DNA from: Steroidobacteraceae bacterium
Lineage (GTDB): Bacteria; Pseudomonadota; Gammaproteobacteria; Steroidobacterales; Steroidobacteraceae
Assembly: GCA_013044085.1 (NCBI GenBank)
Contig: JABEVI010000280.1
Span: 1-45,682, forward strand
Reading direction: 5' to 3'
DNA length: 45,682 nt
Below the pieces are notes generated by a model that worked only from the letters and a program-made list of their open reading frames with translations, did no database searches and had not been told where the DNA came from. Positions 24,487-34,927 of this stretch are shown one piece after another; position 1 is the stretch's first letter; every line of letters begins with the position of its first letter. The position numbers and the translations under genes are program-made.

Positions 24487-25044
24487 TCAGACCTGCATCA
24501 ATTCCTTTTCCTTCTCGGCCATCGCATGGTCGATCTCCGCGACGAACTTGTCGGTGAGCTTCTGGACCTCGTCCTGGCCGCGCCGTTCATCGTCCTGCGC
24601 GATCAACTTCTCCTTCAGCATCTCCTTGATCTCGTTGTTGACCTCGCGACGGACGTTGCGCACCGCCACCCGGGCGTTCTCCGCCTCGGAACGCACCACC
24701 TTGGTGACGTCGCGCCGCCGCTCCTCGGTGAGCGCCGGCATCGAGATGCGGATGATCTGACCGGCGGAGTTCGGCGTGAGCCCCAAGTCGGACTTGAAGA
24801 TCGCCTTCTCGATGATCGCGACCATCGACTTCTCCCACGGCGTCACGGTGAGCGTGCGCGAATCCTCGGTGGCGACGCTCGCGACCTGATTCAGCGGCAT
24901 CTCGGTGCCGTAGTAGTCGACCTTGATGTGCTCAATAAGGCTCGTGTGGGCACGCCCGGTACGCAATTTCTTCAGTTGATCGCGGAAGGTCGTCACGCAC
25001 TTTTGCATGCGTTGCGACGCATCCTTCTTCAGCTCATCCAGCAT
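24487..25044 (-). CDS. frr: ribosome recycling factor
   Basis: 185 aa. MLDELKKDASQRMQKCVTTFRDQLKKLRTGRAHTSLIEHIKVDYYG is a canonical RRF. Confidence 0.97.
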   Translation of the reverse strand: MLDELKKDASQRMQKCVTTFRDQLKKLRTGRAHTSLIEHIKVDYYGTEMPLNQVASVATEDSRTLTVTPWEKSMVAIIEKAIFKSDLGLTPNSAGQIIRISMPALTEERRRDVTKVVRSEAENARVAVRNVRREVNNEIKEMLKEKLIAQDDERRGQDEVQKLTDKFVAEIDHAMAEKEKELMQV

Positions 25045-25057
25045 GGCTTCAGTCTCC

Positions 25058-25792
25058 TCACAACTCGGTGCAGACGACGGTGCCGACGTCCTCGCCCTGG
25101 ACGATACGCAGCAGATCGCCCGCTTGAAACAGATTGAACACCTGCAACGGCAGGCGGTTCTCGCGGCACATCACGATCGCGGTCGCGTCCATCACGCCCA
25201 GACGGTCGTTCAGCACCTGGTCGAACGTCAATCGAGCATAGCGCTTCGCATCGGGATTTTGCATCGGATCCGAATCGTAGACGCCGTTGACCTTGGTCGC
25301 CTTCAGGAGGATGTCGGCGTTGATCTCGATCGCACGCAGGCTCGCCGCCGTGTCGGTCGTGAAGAACGGATTGCCGGTGCCCGCGGCGAAGATCACCACC
25401 CGGCCCTTCTCGAGGTGGCGCACGGCGCGTCGCCGGATGTAGTCCTCGCAGACCTCGTTGATGCGCAGCGCCGACATCACCCGGGCGTAGACGCCGAGGC
25501 TCTCGAGCGAGTCCTGCATCGCGAGCGCATTGATCACGGTCGCGAGCATGCCCATGTGATCGGCCGTGACCCGGTCCATGCCGGCCCGCGCGAGCCCGGC
25601 GCCGCGGAAGATGTTGCCGCCGCCGATCACCACCGCGATCTGCACGCCCATCTGGCTTAAGTCGCGGATCTCCCCGGCGATGCGCTTGAGCATCCCGGCG
25701 TCGATCCCGTAGTCCTCCTCGCCGAGCAGGGCCTCGCCGGAGAGTTTCACGAGAATTCGACGATATCGCGCCGCAGCGGTCTTGGGTGTCAT
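25058..25792 (-). CDS. pyrH: UMP kinase
   Basis: ATG 25792 gives [24 protein letters not shown] (244 aa), with GGGNIFRG and the amino-acid-kinase fold. The track start at 25930 would overlap tsf. Confidence 0.95.
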   Translation of the reverse strand: MTPKTAAARYRRILVKLSGEALLGEEDYGIDAGMLKRIAGEIRDLSQMGVQIAVVIGGGNIFRGAGLARAGMDRVTADHMGMLATVINALAMQDSLESLGVYARVMSALRINEVCEDYIRRRAVRHLEKGRVVIFAAGTGNPFFTTDTAASLRAIEINADILLKATKVNGVYDSDPMQNPDAKRYARLTFDQVLNDRLGVMDATAIVMCRENRLPLQVFNLFQAGDLLRIVQGEDVGTVVCTEL

Positions 25793-25825
25793 GATCTGGA
25801 GCCCTACTATACCGAGAAGCGTGCC

Positions 25826-25887
25826 GCCGGCGCCGGCCGGGCCGCGCCGGCCCTTATCAAGCCCGCGCGGCATCGCCCGTATGCCGC
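25826..25887 (-). other. two GC-rich hairpins in the tsf-pyrH spacer (possible attenuator or processing structure, not a canonical terminator)
   Basis: Hairpin 1, 25867-25887: gcggcat/atgccgc, 7-bp stem and 7-nt loop, abutting the tsf stop. Hairpin 2, 25826-25851: gccggcgc/gcgccggc, 8-bp stem and 10-nt loop. No U-tract follows either hairpin on the minus strand. Confidence 0.25.
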
Positions 25888-26762
25888 TATTTGGAGCGGG
25901 CCGCGACCTGCGCCATGACCTCGCCGACAAAATCGTCCTGCTTTTTCTCGATGCCGGCGCCGACCTCGTAGCGCGCGTAACGCACCACGCTCGCCGCGGA
26001 CTTCTTCAGGAGATTCTCGACCGTGACGTCCGGATCCTTGACGAACGGCTGTCCGAGCAAGGTGATCTCGCCGAGATACTTGCGCAGCCGCCCCTCGACC
26101 ATCTTGGCGATGATCTCGGCCGGCTTCTTCTCGCCCTTGGTCTGCTCGGTGAGGATGGAGCGCTCCTTGTCGAGCACCTCCGCGGGCACGCCCGCCGCAT
26201 CCAGATAGCTCGGGTTGGCCGCGGCGACGTGCATCGCCAGATCCTTCGCGAGTTCATCCGAACCGCCCTGCAGGCAGACCAGCGCACCGATCCGCGTGCC
26301 GTGCAGATAGGCACCGAGCAGCGCAGGGGCGCTCAAGCGCGTGAAACGCCGAACGGTGATGTTCTCGCCGATCTTGGCGATCAGCGCGCGTCGTCGCTCC
26401 TCGACGCTCCCACCCTCGAGCCGGCCGGCGAGCAAGGCGTCCAGGTCCGAAGGTGCGGTGGCGAGCGCAAGCTTGGCCACCGCGGCTGCGAAGCCCTGAA
26501 GTTCCTCGCCGCGGGCGACGAAGTCGGTCTCGCAGTTGACCTCGAGGAGCACCGCGTCGCGGCCCTCGCGCGCGATCGCGATGGTGCCTTCGGCGGCCAC
26601 TCGCTGGGCCTTCTTGTCGGCCTTGGCAAGCCCGGACTTGCGCATCAGTTCGGCGGCGGCATCGAGATCGCCGGCGGTCTCGACGAGCGCCTTCTTGCAC
26701 TCCATCATTCCGGCGCCGGTGCGCTCGCGCAGCTGCTTGACGGATTCGGCGGTAATGTTCAT
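25887..26762 (-). CDS. tsf: translation elongation factor Ts
   Basis: 291 aa. [44 protein letters not shown] is the UBA-like N-terminal domain of EF-Ts. It begins 11 nt downstream of the rpsB stop. Confidence 0.97.
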   Translation of the reverse strand: MNITAESVKQLRERTGAGMMECKKALVETAGDLDAAAELMRKSGLAKADKKAQRVAAEGTIAIAREGRDAVLLEVNCETDFVARGEELQGFAAAVAKLALATAPSDLDALLAGRLEGGSVEERRRALIAKIGENITVRRFTRLSAPALLGAYLHGTRIGALVCLQGGSDELAKDLAMHVAAANPSYLDAAGVPAEVLDKERSILTEQTKGEKKPAEIIAKMVEGRLRKYLGEITLLGQPFVKDPDVTVENLLKKSAASVVRYARYEVGAGIEKKQDDFVGEVMAQVAARSK

Positions 26763-26773
26763 CAGGTGTTCCT

Positions 26774-27751
26774 TTAGCGCGGGCCGCCAGGTCCGCGGCG
26801 CGGGGCCGGCCTGCGGCGCGGCGGGCTGACCGGACGCGGGGCGCTCGCAGCGGCCGGTTCGACGGCATCCGGCTCATCCGCTTCGGGCTCCTCATCCGCA
26901 ACGACCGCGCCGGGGGCGCCCGGGGCGGCCGCCACCGGCGCCTTGCGGCGCACGGGTGGCTTCTTGCCGCGGGGCGGCGGCGGTCCGCGGCGCGCCGAGG
27001 CGCGCTTCTTCGGATTGCCTTCCTCGTCGAGTTCGACGAAGTCATCCTCGCCGACCGGCATCTCGGGCAGGGAGGCCTTGCCCTCGAGCACGGCGTCGGC
27101 GACGCCGGTCGCGTACAGGACGATCGCGCGCATCGCGTCATCGTTGCCCGGAATCACGTAATCGATGCCCGCGGGCGAGCAGTTGGTGTCGACGATGGCG
27201 ACCACCGGAATGCCGAGTTTGCGCGCCTCGCTGATCGCGATCTCCTCGTGACCGACGTCGATCACGAACAGCGCGTCGGGCAGCGCGCCCATGTCGCGGA
27301 TTCCGCCCAGGCTGCGCAGCAGCTTTTCCATTTCCCGGCGCAGCATCTGCGCCTCTTTCTTGCCGCGCCGCTCGAGCGCGCCGCTCTGCGCCATCTCATC
27401 GAGTTCGTTCAAGCGCTTGATCGACTGGCGGATGGTCTTGAAATTGGTCAGCATGCCGCCCAGCCAGCGCTGGTTCACGTAGGGCATCGCGCAGCGGATC
27501 GCTTCCTTTTGCACCGCATCGCGGGCGGAGCGCTTGGTGCCGACGAACAGCACCTTGCCGCCACCGGCGGCGACGGACTTGATGAAGTCGGCCGCAACGG
27601 CGTAGAGCGGCTGTGTCCGCTCGAGGTTGATGATGTGAATCTTGTTACGTTCGCCGAAAATGAAGGGGGCCATCTTCGGGTTCCAGAAGCGGGTCTGGTG
27701 CCCGAAGTGCACGCCCGCCTCCAGCATTTGCCGCATGGACACGCTGGTCAT
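26774..27751 (-). CDS. rpsB: 30S ribosomal protein S2 with long C-terminal low-complexity extension
   Basis: ATG 27751 is preceded by AGGAG and gives [27 protein letters not shown], the canonical S2 start. The conserved core runs to about residue 225-245. About 80 further residues rich in Pro, Arg, Lys, Glu, Asp and Ala follow, up to the stop at 26774 (325 aa in total). The track start at 27856 adds 35 non-homologous residues. Confidence 0.95.
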   Translation of the reverse strand: MTSVSMRQMLEAGVHFGHQTRFWNPKMAPFIFGERNKIHIINLERTQPLYAVAADFIKSVAAGGGKVLFVGTKRSARDAVQKEAIRCAMPYVNQRWLGGMLTNFKTIRQSIKRLNELDEMAQSGALERRGKKEAQMLRREMEKLLRSLGGIRDMGALPDALFVIDVGHEEIAISEARKLGIPVVAIVDTNCSPAGIDYVIPGNDDAMRAIVLYATGVADAVLEGKASLPEMPVGEDDFVELDEEGNPKKRASARRGPPPPRGKKPPVRRKAPVAAAPGAPGAVVADEEPEADEPDAVEPAAASAPRPVSPPRRRPAPRRGPGGPR

Positions 27752-27879
27752 CGATATCGCTCCTTTGGTCGGGTTGAGCCTCCGCGTATCCCAATCGGCA
27801 ACCCGGGCTCGGACTCGCTCCGATCCCCCCGGGCACCCGGCCGATCGTGACGACACGCGTGCGGGGTTGTTAAAAAAAG
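27752..27879 (-). promoter_or_regulatory. long structured 5' leader of rpsB-tsf (candidate S2 autoregulatory leader)
   Basis: If the TTGTTT/TATAAA promoter is used, the transcript starts near 27879 and the leader is about 125 nt. It contains GC-rich self-complementary runs on the minus strand (CCGGGTGCCCGG, CGGAGCGAGTCCG, CCCGGG) before the AGGAG SD. Function is inferred from the known S2 feedback on the rpsB leader in gammaproteobacteria. Confidence 0.3.
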
Positions 27880-27895
27880 CCGCTCTTTATACCAT
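27867..27895 (+). promoter_or_regulatory. sigma-70 promoter candidate for map-glnD-dapD (TTGTTA-17 nt-TACCAT)
   Basis: The plus strand reads TTGTTA (27867-27872), a 17-nt spacer and TACCAT (27890-27895), about 38 nt upstream of the map ATG. Its -10 overlaps the -10 of the opposite-strand rpsB promoter. This is a weak pattern match only. Confidence 0.25.
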
Positions 27896-27914
27896 GAACC
27901 TTTAGGGGAAACAA
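27886..27914 (-). promoter_or_regulatory. sigma-70 promoter candidate for rpsB-tsf (TTGTTT-17 nt-TATAAA)
   Basis: The minus strand reads TTGTTT (27914-27909), a 17-nt spacer (27908-27892) and TATAAA (27891-27886). This is the best sigma-70 match I see in the window, and it lies in the only AT-rich patch of the rpsB/map divergent spacer. Confidence 0.5.
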
Positions 27915-27932
27915 AGTGGCGCGGCAGACCGA

Positions 27933-28718
27933 ATGAGTGTGACGATCAAGAACGTCGAGGAACAGGAAAAAATGCGTGCCGCGGGGCGCCTCGCGGCGAG
28001 CGTGCTCGACATGATCGGGCCGTTCGTGCGCGCCGGGGTCACGACCGAGGAGCTCGACCAGCGCTGCCACGACTTCATCGTGAACGAACTCGAGTCGATT
28101 CCGGCGAACCTGAACTATCGCGGCTTCCCGAAGACGATCTGCACATCGGTGAATCACGTCGTCTGTCACGGCATCCCGGGCGAGAAGGCGCTGAAGAACG
28201 GCGACATCGTCAACATCGACGTGACGGTGATCCGGGACGGCTTTCACGGCGACACCAGCCGCATGTATTTCGCCGGCGAGCCCTCCATTCTCGCGCGCCG
28301 CCTGAGCACGATCTGCCACGAGGCGATGTGGCACGGGATCCGCGTCGTCAAGCCCGGGACGCGGCTCGGCGACATCGGCCACGCGATCCAGAGCTTCACC
28401 GAGAGCAACGGCTTCTCGGTCGTGCGCGAGTACTGCGGGCACGGGATCGGACGTGTCTATCACGAGGATCCGCAGGTATTGCATTACGGCAAGCCGGGCA
28501 CCGGCCTGGTCCTCGAGCAGGGCATGAGCTTCACGATCGAGCCGATGATCAACGCCGGACGGCGCGATGTGCGCGTCCTGCCGGACGGCTGGACGGTCGT
28601 CACCAAGGATCACTCGCTGTCGGCGCAATGGGAACACACGATCCTCGTCACGGCCACCGGCTTCGAGGTGCTCACGCTCGGCGCCGCGGCGACGGCGGCG
28701 GCCGCGGCGAGCACGTGA
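27933..28718 (+). CDS. map: type I methionine aminopeptidase
   Basis: 261 aa. It has the pita-bread fold with NHVVCHGIP, DIVNIDVT, GHGIG and EHTILVT metal-ligand motifs. It is divergent from rpsB, as in E. coli and Pseudomonas. Confidence 0.96.
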   Translation: MSVTIKNVEEQEKMRAAGRLAASVLDMIGPFVRAGVTTEELDQRCHDFIVNELESIPANLNYRGFPKTICTSVNHVVCHGIPGEKALKNGDIVNIDVTVIRDGFHGDTSRMYFAGEPSILARRLSTICHEAMWHGIRVVKPGTRLGDIGHAIQSFTESNGFSVVREYCGHGIGRVYHEDPQVLHYGKPGTGLVLEQGMSFTIEPMINAGRRDVRVLPDGWTVVTKDHSLSAQWEHTILVTATGFEVLTLGAAATAAAAAST

Positions 28719-31387
28719 GCGTAATCCACCAGCCGGCGGCGGACGGGGACTGGCAGTACCTACAGGTCGCCGCCGAAGCCCTAGAGGGCGGCGAATTCTC
28801 CCCGGAGGCCTTCCGTCAGGTGCTCGAGCGCGGCGCCGAACTGCTGCGCGAGCGTTTCGGCGCGGACGAAGACGTCGCCGACCTCGTCCGGGATCGGGCG
28901 CGGCTCGTCGACATTGCGCTGCGCGCCGCCTGGGTGCGCCACGCCGGGCGCTTCGCCGCCGATCTCGCGCTGCTCGCCGTCGGCGGCTACGGCCGCGGCG
29001 AACTGCACCCGTGTTCGGACATCGACATCATGGTGCTGCTGCCGAAGAGCGATTCGGCGGACTGGCAACCGCAGATCGAGCGCTTCCTGACCGTGCTCTG
29101 GGACATGGGTCTCGAGGTCGGGCACAGCGTGCGCTCGATCGACGACTGCCAGCGCGAGAGCCTTGCCGACATCAGCGTCGCGACCACCCTGTTCGAGGCG
29201 CGCCTGCTCGCCGGACCGGAGGTGCTGTTCGCCGGCATGCGCCGCGCGCTCGCCGCCGACCGCCTGTGGTCCTCGGCGGCCTTCTTCGAAGCGAAGGTCG
29301 CCGAACAGACCGAGCGGCACCACCGCTATTTCGACACCGCCTACAACCTCGAGCCGAACGTCAAATCGAGCCCCGGCGGCCTGCGCGACATCCAGACGAT
29401 CGGCTGGGTGGCCAAGCGGCATTTCGGCACCGACACGCTCGATGAACTCGTCGCGCACGGCTTTCTGACGCGCGAGGAACTGCGCAAGCTGCTCGCCGGC
29501 CAGAACTTTCTCTGGAAGGTGCGCTTCGGGCTGCACATGCTGACCGGCCGGCGCGAGGACCGGCTGCTGTTCGACTACCAGATCAAGCTCGCCCGGCTGT
29601 TCGGCTACGAGGATGCGAGCTTCACGCTCGCCGTCGAACAGCTGATGCAAAAGTACTACCGCACGGTGATCGACGTCAGCCTCCTCAACGAGATGCTGCT
29701 GCAGCTGTTTCGCGAGGCGATCCTGACCCGCAGCGAGCCGCCGACGCCGATCAACGCCCGTTTCCAGATCCGCAACGACTACCTGGAGGTGGCGCATCCG
29801 GAGGTGTTCGCGCGCTACCCCTCGGCGCTGCTCGAGATGTTCGCGCTGCTCGAGCAGCACCCGCAGATACGCGGCGTGCGCGCCGAGACGATCCGGCTCG
29901 TCGGCATGCACGTGCACCTGATCGACGAGGAGTTCCGCCAGAACCCGCGGCATCACCGCCTGTTCATGGAGATCCTGTGCGCGCCGGTCGGCGTCACGCA
30001 CGAGCTGCGGCGCATGAATCTGTACGGCGTGCTCGGCCGCTACATCCCCGCCTTCGGGCGCATCGTCGGGCGCATGCAGTACGACCTGTTCCACGCCTAC
30101 ACGGTCGATGCGCACACGCTGTTCGTCGTCAGCAACCTGCGGCGCCTGGCGATGCCGAAGTTCAACCTCGAATTCCCCTCGCTCAGCCAGATCATGCAAT
30201 CCCTGCCGCGGCCGGAGCTGGCGTATCTGGCGGCGCTGTTCCACGACATCGCCAAGGGCCGCGGCGGCGATCATTCGGAGCTCGGCGCGGTCGATGCCGA
30301 GGCGTTCTGTCTCGAACAGGGGCTTGGCCGCTACGAGGCGCGGCTCGTCGCCTGGCTCGTCAAGCATCACCTGATCCTGTCGATCACCGCGCAGAAACAG
30401 GACATCGGCGACCCGGAGGTGATCCGCGAGTTCGCCGGCCGCATCGGCGACCAGGCGCACCTCGATTACCTCTACGTGCTCACCGTCTCGGATGTGCGCG
30501 GCACCAATCCGAAGCTCTGGAACACCTGGAAGGCGCGCCTGTTCGAGGAAATCTACGAGCGCACCAAGCAGGCGCTGCGACGCGGCCTGGAGACGCCCGT
30601 CGACCAGGAAGAACTGATCCGCGAAATCCAGGCCGAGGCGCGCTCGCGCCTCGGCGGCCTCGAGGAGGCGCGTATAGAGCGGGTCTGGTCGCAGTGGACG
30701 GACGCCTACTTCCTGCGCTTCACACCCGAGGAGATCGCCTGGCACACCACGCTGCTCGCCGACCGGCACCCTTCGGAAGAGTCCGCGCTGGTCGCGATCC
30801 GTAAGCTCACCGAGCGCGGCGGCACCGCCGTGCTCACCTACACGCCGCGCCGGCTGCACAGCTTCGCGCGCACGACCGCGGTGCTCGATCAGATGGGCCT
30901 GAACGTCGTCGACGCTCGCCTGATCCTGAGCGCCAACGGCTTCAGCCTGGAGACCTATGTGGTGCTCGAGGACAGCGGCGCGCTCATCGACGATCAGGAA
31001 CGCATCCAGGAGATCGAGAGCGGCCTGTGGCGCAATCTTCGCGAGCAGGCGGATCCGTCGATGACGGTGACGCGGCGTGCGCCGCGCCAGGTGCGCATGT
31101 TCACGACGCCGACCCGGGTGAATTTCAGCCTCGATGAGCGCAACAATCGCACGATCCTCGAACTGGTCGCGGCCGACCGACCGGGGCTCCTGTCGGACGT
31201 CGGCAAGGTCTTCAAGGCCGAGCACGTCGCGATCGACGGGGCGAAAATCATGACCATCGGCGAACGCGCCGAGGACGTCTTCTACATAACCGACGCCGAG
31301 GGGCTGCCGCTCGCCGCGGCGGCCTGCGAACGGGTCACGGAGTCACTGATGCAATCCCTCGACCGGCGCGAAGCGCCGCGCGCATGA
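28715..31387 (+). CDS. glnD: bifunctional uridylyltransferase/uridylyl-removing enzyme (PII uridylyltransferase)
   Basis: Nucleotidyltransferase motif [27 protein letters not shown] domain [17 protein letters not shown], and two C-terminal ACT-like repeats. Start is placed at GTG 28715, (M)[11 protein letters not shown], overlapping the map stop (GTGA). This gives 890 aa. The track start at 28328 lies inside map in another frame. Confidence 0.92.
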   Translation: MSVIHQPAADGDWQYLQVAAEALEGGEFSPEAFRQVLERGAELLRERFGADEDVADLVRDRARLVDIALRAAWVRHAGRFAADLALLAVGGYGRGELHPCSDIDIMVLLPKSDSADWQPQIERFLTVLWDMGLEVGHSVRSIDDCQRESLADISVATTLFEARLLAGPEVLFAGMRRALAADRLWSSAAFFEAKVAEQTERHHRYFDTAYNLEPNVKSSPGGLRDIQTIGWVAKRHFGTDTLDELVAHGFLTREELRKLLAGQNFLWKVRFGLHMLTGRREDRLLFDYQIKLARLFGYEDASFTLAVEQLMQKYYRTVIDVSLLNEMLLQLFREAILTRSEPPTPINARFQIRNDYLEVAHPEVFARYPSALLEMFALLEQHPQIRGVRAETIRLVGMHVHLIDEEFRQNPRHHRLFMEILCAPVGVTHELRRMNLYGVLGRYIPAFGRIVGRMQYDLFHAYTVDAHTLFVVSNLRRLAMPKFNLEFPSLSQIMQSLPRPELAYLAALFHDIAKGRGGDHSELGAVDAEAFCLEQGLGRYEARLVAWLVKHHLILSITAQKQDIGDPEVIREFAGRIGDQAHLDYLYVLTVSDVRGTNPKLWNTWKARLFEEIYERTKQALRRGLETPVDQEELIREIQAEARSRLGGLEEARIERVWSQWTDAYFLRFTPEEIAWHTTLLADRHPSEESALVAIRKLTERGGTAVLTYTPRRLHSFARTTAVLDQMGLNVVDARLILSANGFSLETYVVLEDSGALIDDQERIQEIESGLWRNLREQADPSMTVTRRAPRQVRMFTTPTRVNFSLDERNNRTILELVAADRPGLLSDVGKVFKAEHVAIDGAKIMTIGERAEDVFYITDAEGLPLAAAACERVTESLMQSLDRREAPRA

Positions 31388-32214
31388 AGTCCGATTTAAG
31401 ACCGCGCATCGAGCGCGCCTTCGAAACACGCTCGAGTCTGACGCCGCGCTCGACGCCGCCGGAGGTGCGTGAGGCTGTGTCGAGCGCGCTCGAACTTCTC
31501 GACAGCGGCGCGGCGCGGGTCGCCGAACCGCACGATGGCGGGTGGCGGGTCAACGAATGGCTGAAGATGGCGGTGCTGCTGTCGTTTCGGATCGCCGAGA
31601 ACGCGCGCATCAGCGCCGGCGCGCTCGATTTCTACGACAAGGTGCCGCTTAAGTTCGACGGCTGGGATGAGGCGCGCTTCGCCGCCGCCGGCGCCCGCGT
31701 GGTGCCGCCGGCGACCGTGCGGCGCGGCGCCTACATCGCGCCGAACGTCGTGCTGATGCCGAGCTATGTGAACATCGGCGCCTACGTCGGCTCCGGCACG
31801 ATGGTCGACACCTGGGCGACCGTCGGCTCCTGCGCGCAGATCGGGCGCAACGTGCATCTGTCCGGCGGCGTCGGCATCGGCGGCGTCCTCGAACCGCTGC
31901 AAGCGGGCCCGACGATCATCGAGGATGATTGTTTCATCGGCGCGCGCTCCGAGATCGTCGAGGGCGTCATCGTCGAATCCGGCTCGGTGATCTCCATGGG
32001 CGTGTTCATCGGCCAGAGCACCCGCATCTACGATCGCGAGAACGACCGCATCCTGCGCGGACGGGTGCCCTCCGGCTCGGTCGTGGTGCCGGGCGCCCTG
32101 CCCTCGGCGGACGGCCGGTACAGTCTTTACTGCGCGGTCATCGTCAAGCGCGTCGATGCGCAGACGCGCGCCAAGACCTCGATCAACGAACTGCTTCGCA
32201 ACGCCGTCGACTAG
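31384..32214 (+). CDS. dapD: 2,3,4,5-tetrahydropyridine-2,6-dicarboxylate N-succinyltransferase
   Basis: 276 aa. The N-terminal helical domain is followed by hexapeptide repeats ([46 protein letters not shown]). Its ATG overlaps the glnD stop (ATGA 31384-31387). The map-glnD-dapD order is as in E. coli. Confidence 0.93.
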   Translation: MKSDLRPRIERAFETRSSLTPRSTPPEVREAVSSALELLDSGAARVAEPHDGGWRVNEWLKMAVLLSFRIAENARISAGALDFYDKVPLKFDGWDEARFAAAGARVVPPATVRRGAYIAPNVVLMPSYVNIGAYVGSGTMVDTWATVGSCAQIGRNVHLSGGVGIGGVLEPLQAGPTIIEDDCFIGARSEIVEGVIVESGSVISMGVFIGQSTRIYDRENDRILRGRVPSGSVVVPGALPSADGRYSLYCAVIVKRVDAQTRAKTSINELLRNAVD

Positions 32215-32226
32215 CCGCCGGCGCGC

Positions 32227-33062
<836 letters not shown>

Positions 33063-33066
<4 letters not shown>

Positions 33067-33911
33067 GATCTCTTGACGGCGCTTTGCAGGATCAAACGTG
33101 AACAGACACTGATCGTGAGGATGAAGACGATCGCGACGAACGCGCCCGCCCAGGCCATCTGTTGCCAGTTCTCGTACGGGCTCATCGCGAACTGGAAGAT
33201 CACGACCGGCAGATTGGCGATTGGCGCGCCGAGCTTGGTGCTGAAGAACTGGTTGTTGAGCGCGGTGAACAGCAGCGGCGCGGTCTCGCCGCTGATGCGC
33301 GCCAGCGAGATGAGGATGCCGGTCAGTATCCCGGCGCGCGCACCCTTCCAGGTGATGTGCGTGATCACCTTCCACATCGGCGCGCCGAGCGCGATCGCCG
33401 CCTCGCGCATCTCGCCGCCGACGAGCTTCAACATCTCGTCGGTGGTGCGCACGATGATCGGGATCATCAGGATCGAGAGCGCGACGCCGCCCGAGATGGC
33501 CGAGAAGTGGCCCATCGGGTCGACCATGATGGCGTAGGTGAACAGCCCGATCTCGATCGACGGGGCGCTCAGCATGATGTCGTTGACGAAGCGCACGAGG
33601 TTCGCCATGCGGCTGCGGCCGCCGTATTCGGCGAGCCAGGTCCCGGCCATCAGGCCGACCGGGACACCGATCAGCAGCGCGATGCCCATCAGGATCAGGC
33701 TGCCGACGAAGGCGTTGCGCAGGCCGTAGCCGCCGTTGCCCGGGGCCGGCGTGTCCTTCAGGAACAGATCCCAATGCATCGCGGTCATGCCGAGCTTGAG
33801 CGTCGTCCACAGGATCCAGGCGAGGAAGAACAGGCCGATGCAGGTCGCCGCGAACATCAGCGAGGAGGCGAACAGGTTCACGGCCCGCCGGCGGGCGTAC
33901 AGCGGGATCAC
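33063..33911 (-). CDS. pstA: phosphate ABC transporter permease PstA
   Basis: GTG 33911 gives (M)[33 protein letters not shown]. It has six TM segments with an EAA-type loop ([15 protein letters not shown]). GTG overlaps the pstC stop (GTGA 33908-33911). 282 aa. Confidence 0.9.
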
Positions 33912-34882
33912 GCCGCCCCTCCGGGCCTGCGCCGCAGGCTGCCGAGCAACAGCACCGCCAGCACCTGCACGATGAGCGTGATCGCGATCAGCACGAGGCC
34001 CAGGTAGATGAGCGAGGAGATGTAGAGCTTGCTGGTCGCCTCGGTGAATTCGTTGGCGATCACCGACGGGATGGTCGCGCCCGGCATCAACAGGCTCGCC
34101 GAGAGGTTGTCGCTGTTGCCGATGACGAAGGTCACCGCCATGGTCTCGCCGAGGGCGCGCCCGAGGCCGAGGAAGATGCCGCCGGCCACCGCCGTGCGGG
34201 TGTACGGCAGGAGGACGTTGCGGGCGACCTCCCAGGTGGTCGCGCCCATCGCGTAGGCCGATTCCTTCAGCTGCACCGGCGTCGCGATGAACACGTCGCG
34301 CATGATCGAGCTGATGTACGGCAGGATCATGATCGCGAGCACGATCCCGGCGGTGAGCATGCCGATGCCCATGGGCGGTCCCTGGAAAAGCCGGCCGATT
34401 CCCGGGATCACGCCGAGGTGATCGTTGATCCAGGGCTCGACATTCGCGAACGCCGGCGCGAACACCAGCAGCCCCCAGAGCCCGTAGACGATGCTCGGCA
34501 CCGCCGCGAGCATCTCGACGGCGGCCGATACCGGCTGGCGCATCCAGCCCGGCGCGAGTTCGGAGATGAACACCGCGACACCGAAACTCACCGGTACCGC
34601 GAGCAGCATCGCGATGGTCGAACTCACCAGCGTGCCGACGATGAAGGGATAGGCGCCGAAATGCCGCGATACCGGGTCCCACTGGCTCGATGTCAGAAAG
34701 CCGAGGACGCCGAATGTCTTGATCGCCGGCCAGCTGTCGTAGCCGATCGCCGCGACCGCGGCGAGCAGCGTGATCCCGACCACGGTCGCCATGAGCACCG
34801 CGAGCTTGTGGAAGAGAAAGTCCGCCTGCAGAACGATAACTCGGCGGCCGCGCGCGGGTTCCGGAGCCTCGGAATTAGCCAT
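33908..34882 (-). CDS. pstC: phosphate ABC transporter permease PstC
   Basis: 324 aa. Multi-TM permease with an EAA loop ([23 protein letters not shown]). Lies between pstS and pstA. Confidence 0.9.
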   Translation of the reverse strand: MANSEAPEPARGRRVIVLQADFLFHKLAVLMATVVGITLLAAVAAIGYDSWPAIKTFGVLGFLTSSQWDPVSRHFGAYPFIVGTLVSSTIAMLLAVPVSFGVAVFISELAPGWMRQPVSAAVEMLAAVPSIVYGLWGLLVFAPAFANVEPWINDHLGVIPGIGRLFQGPPMGIGMLTAGIVLAIMILPYISSIMRDVFIATPVQLKESAYAMGATTWEVARNVLLPYTRTAVAGGIFLGLGRALGETMAVTFVIGNSDNLSASLLMPGATIPSVIANEFTEATSKLYISSLIYLGLVLIAITLIVQVLAVLLLGSLRRRPGGAA

Positions 34883-34927
34883 CCCAGCATTGTCTCTTAG
34901 GCGCGCAAGATCATCAAATCACGCCGC

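Noticed and set aside
26254-27141. A 295-aa minus-strand ORF spanning the rpsB-tsf junction. The repetitive-looking GC-rich DNA at about 26800-27020 might also be taken for a tandem repeat or CRISPR-like array.
   Set aside because: The ORF is an alternative frame of tsf and of the rpsB tail, with no motif. The repetitive look comes from Pro/Arg/Ala/Gly codons of the S2 tail. I see no regular repeat-spacer periodicity here or anywhere else in the window.
28781-31225. An 814-aa minus-strand ORF antisense to glnD. Similar cases are 5600-7420 (606 aa, antisense to pyrG) and 35267-37411 (714 aa, antisense to pstS/dapE).
   Set aside because: All are mirror frames of well-recognised genes. They have no motifs and an Arg/Ala-rich composition. 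Some cross gene boundaries of the real genes, which is not expected for true overlapping genes.
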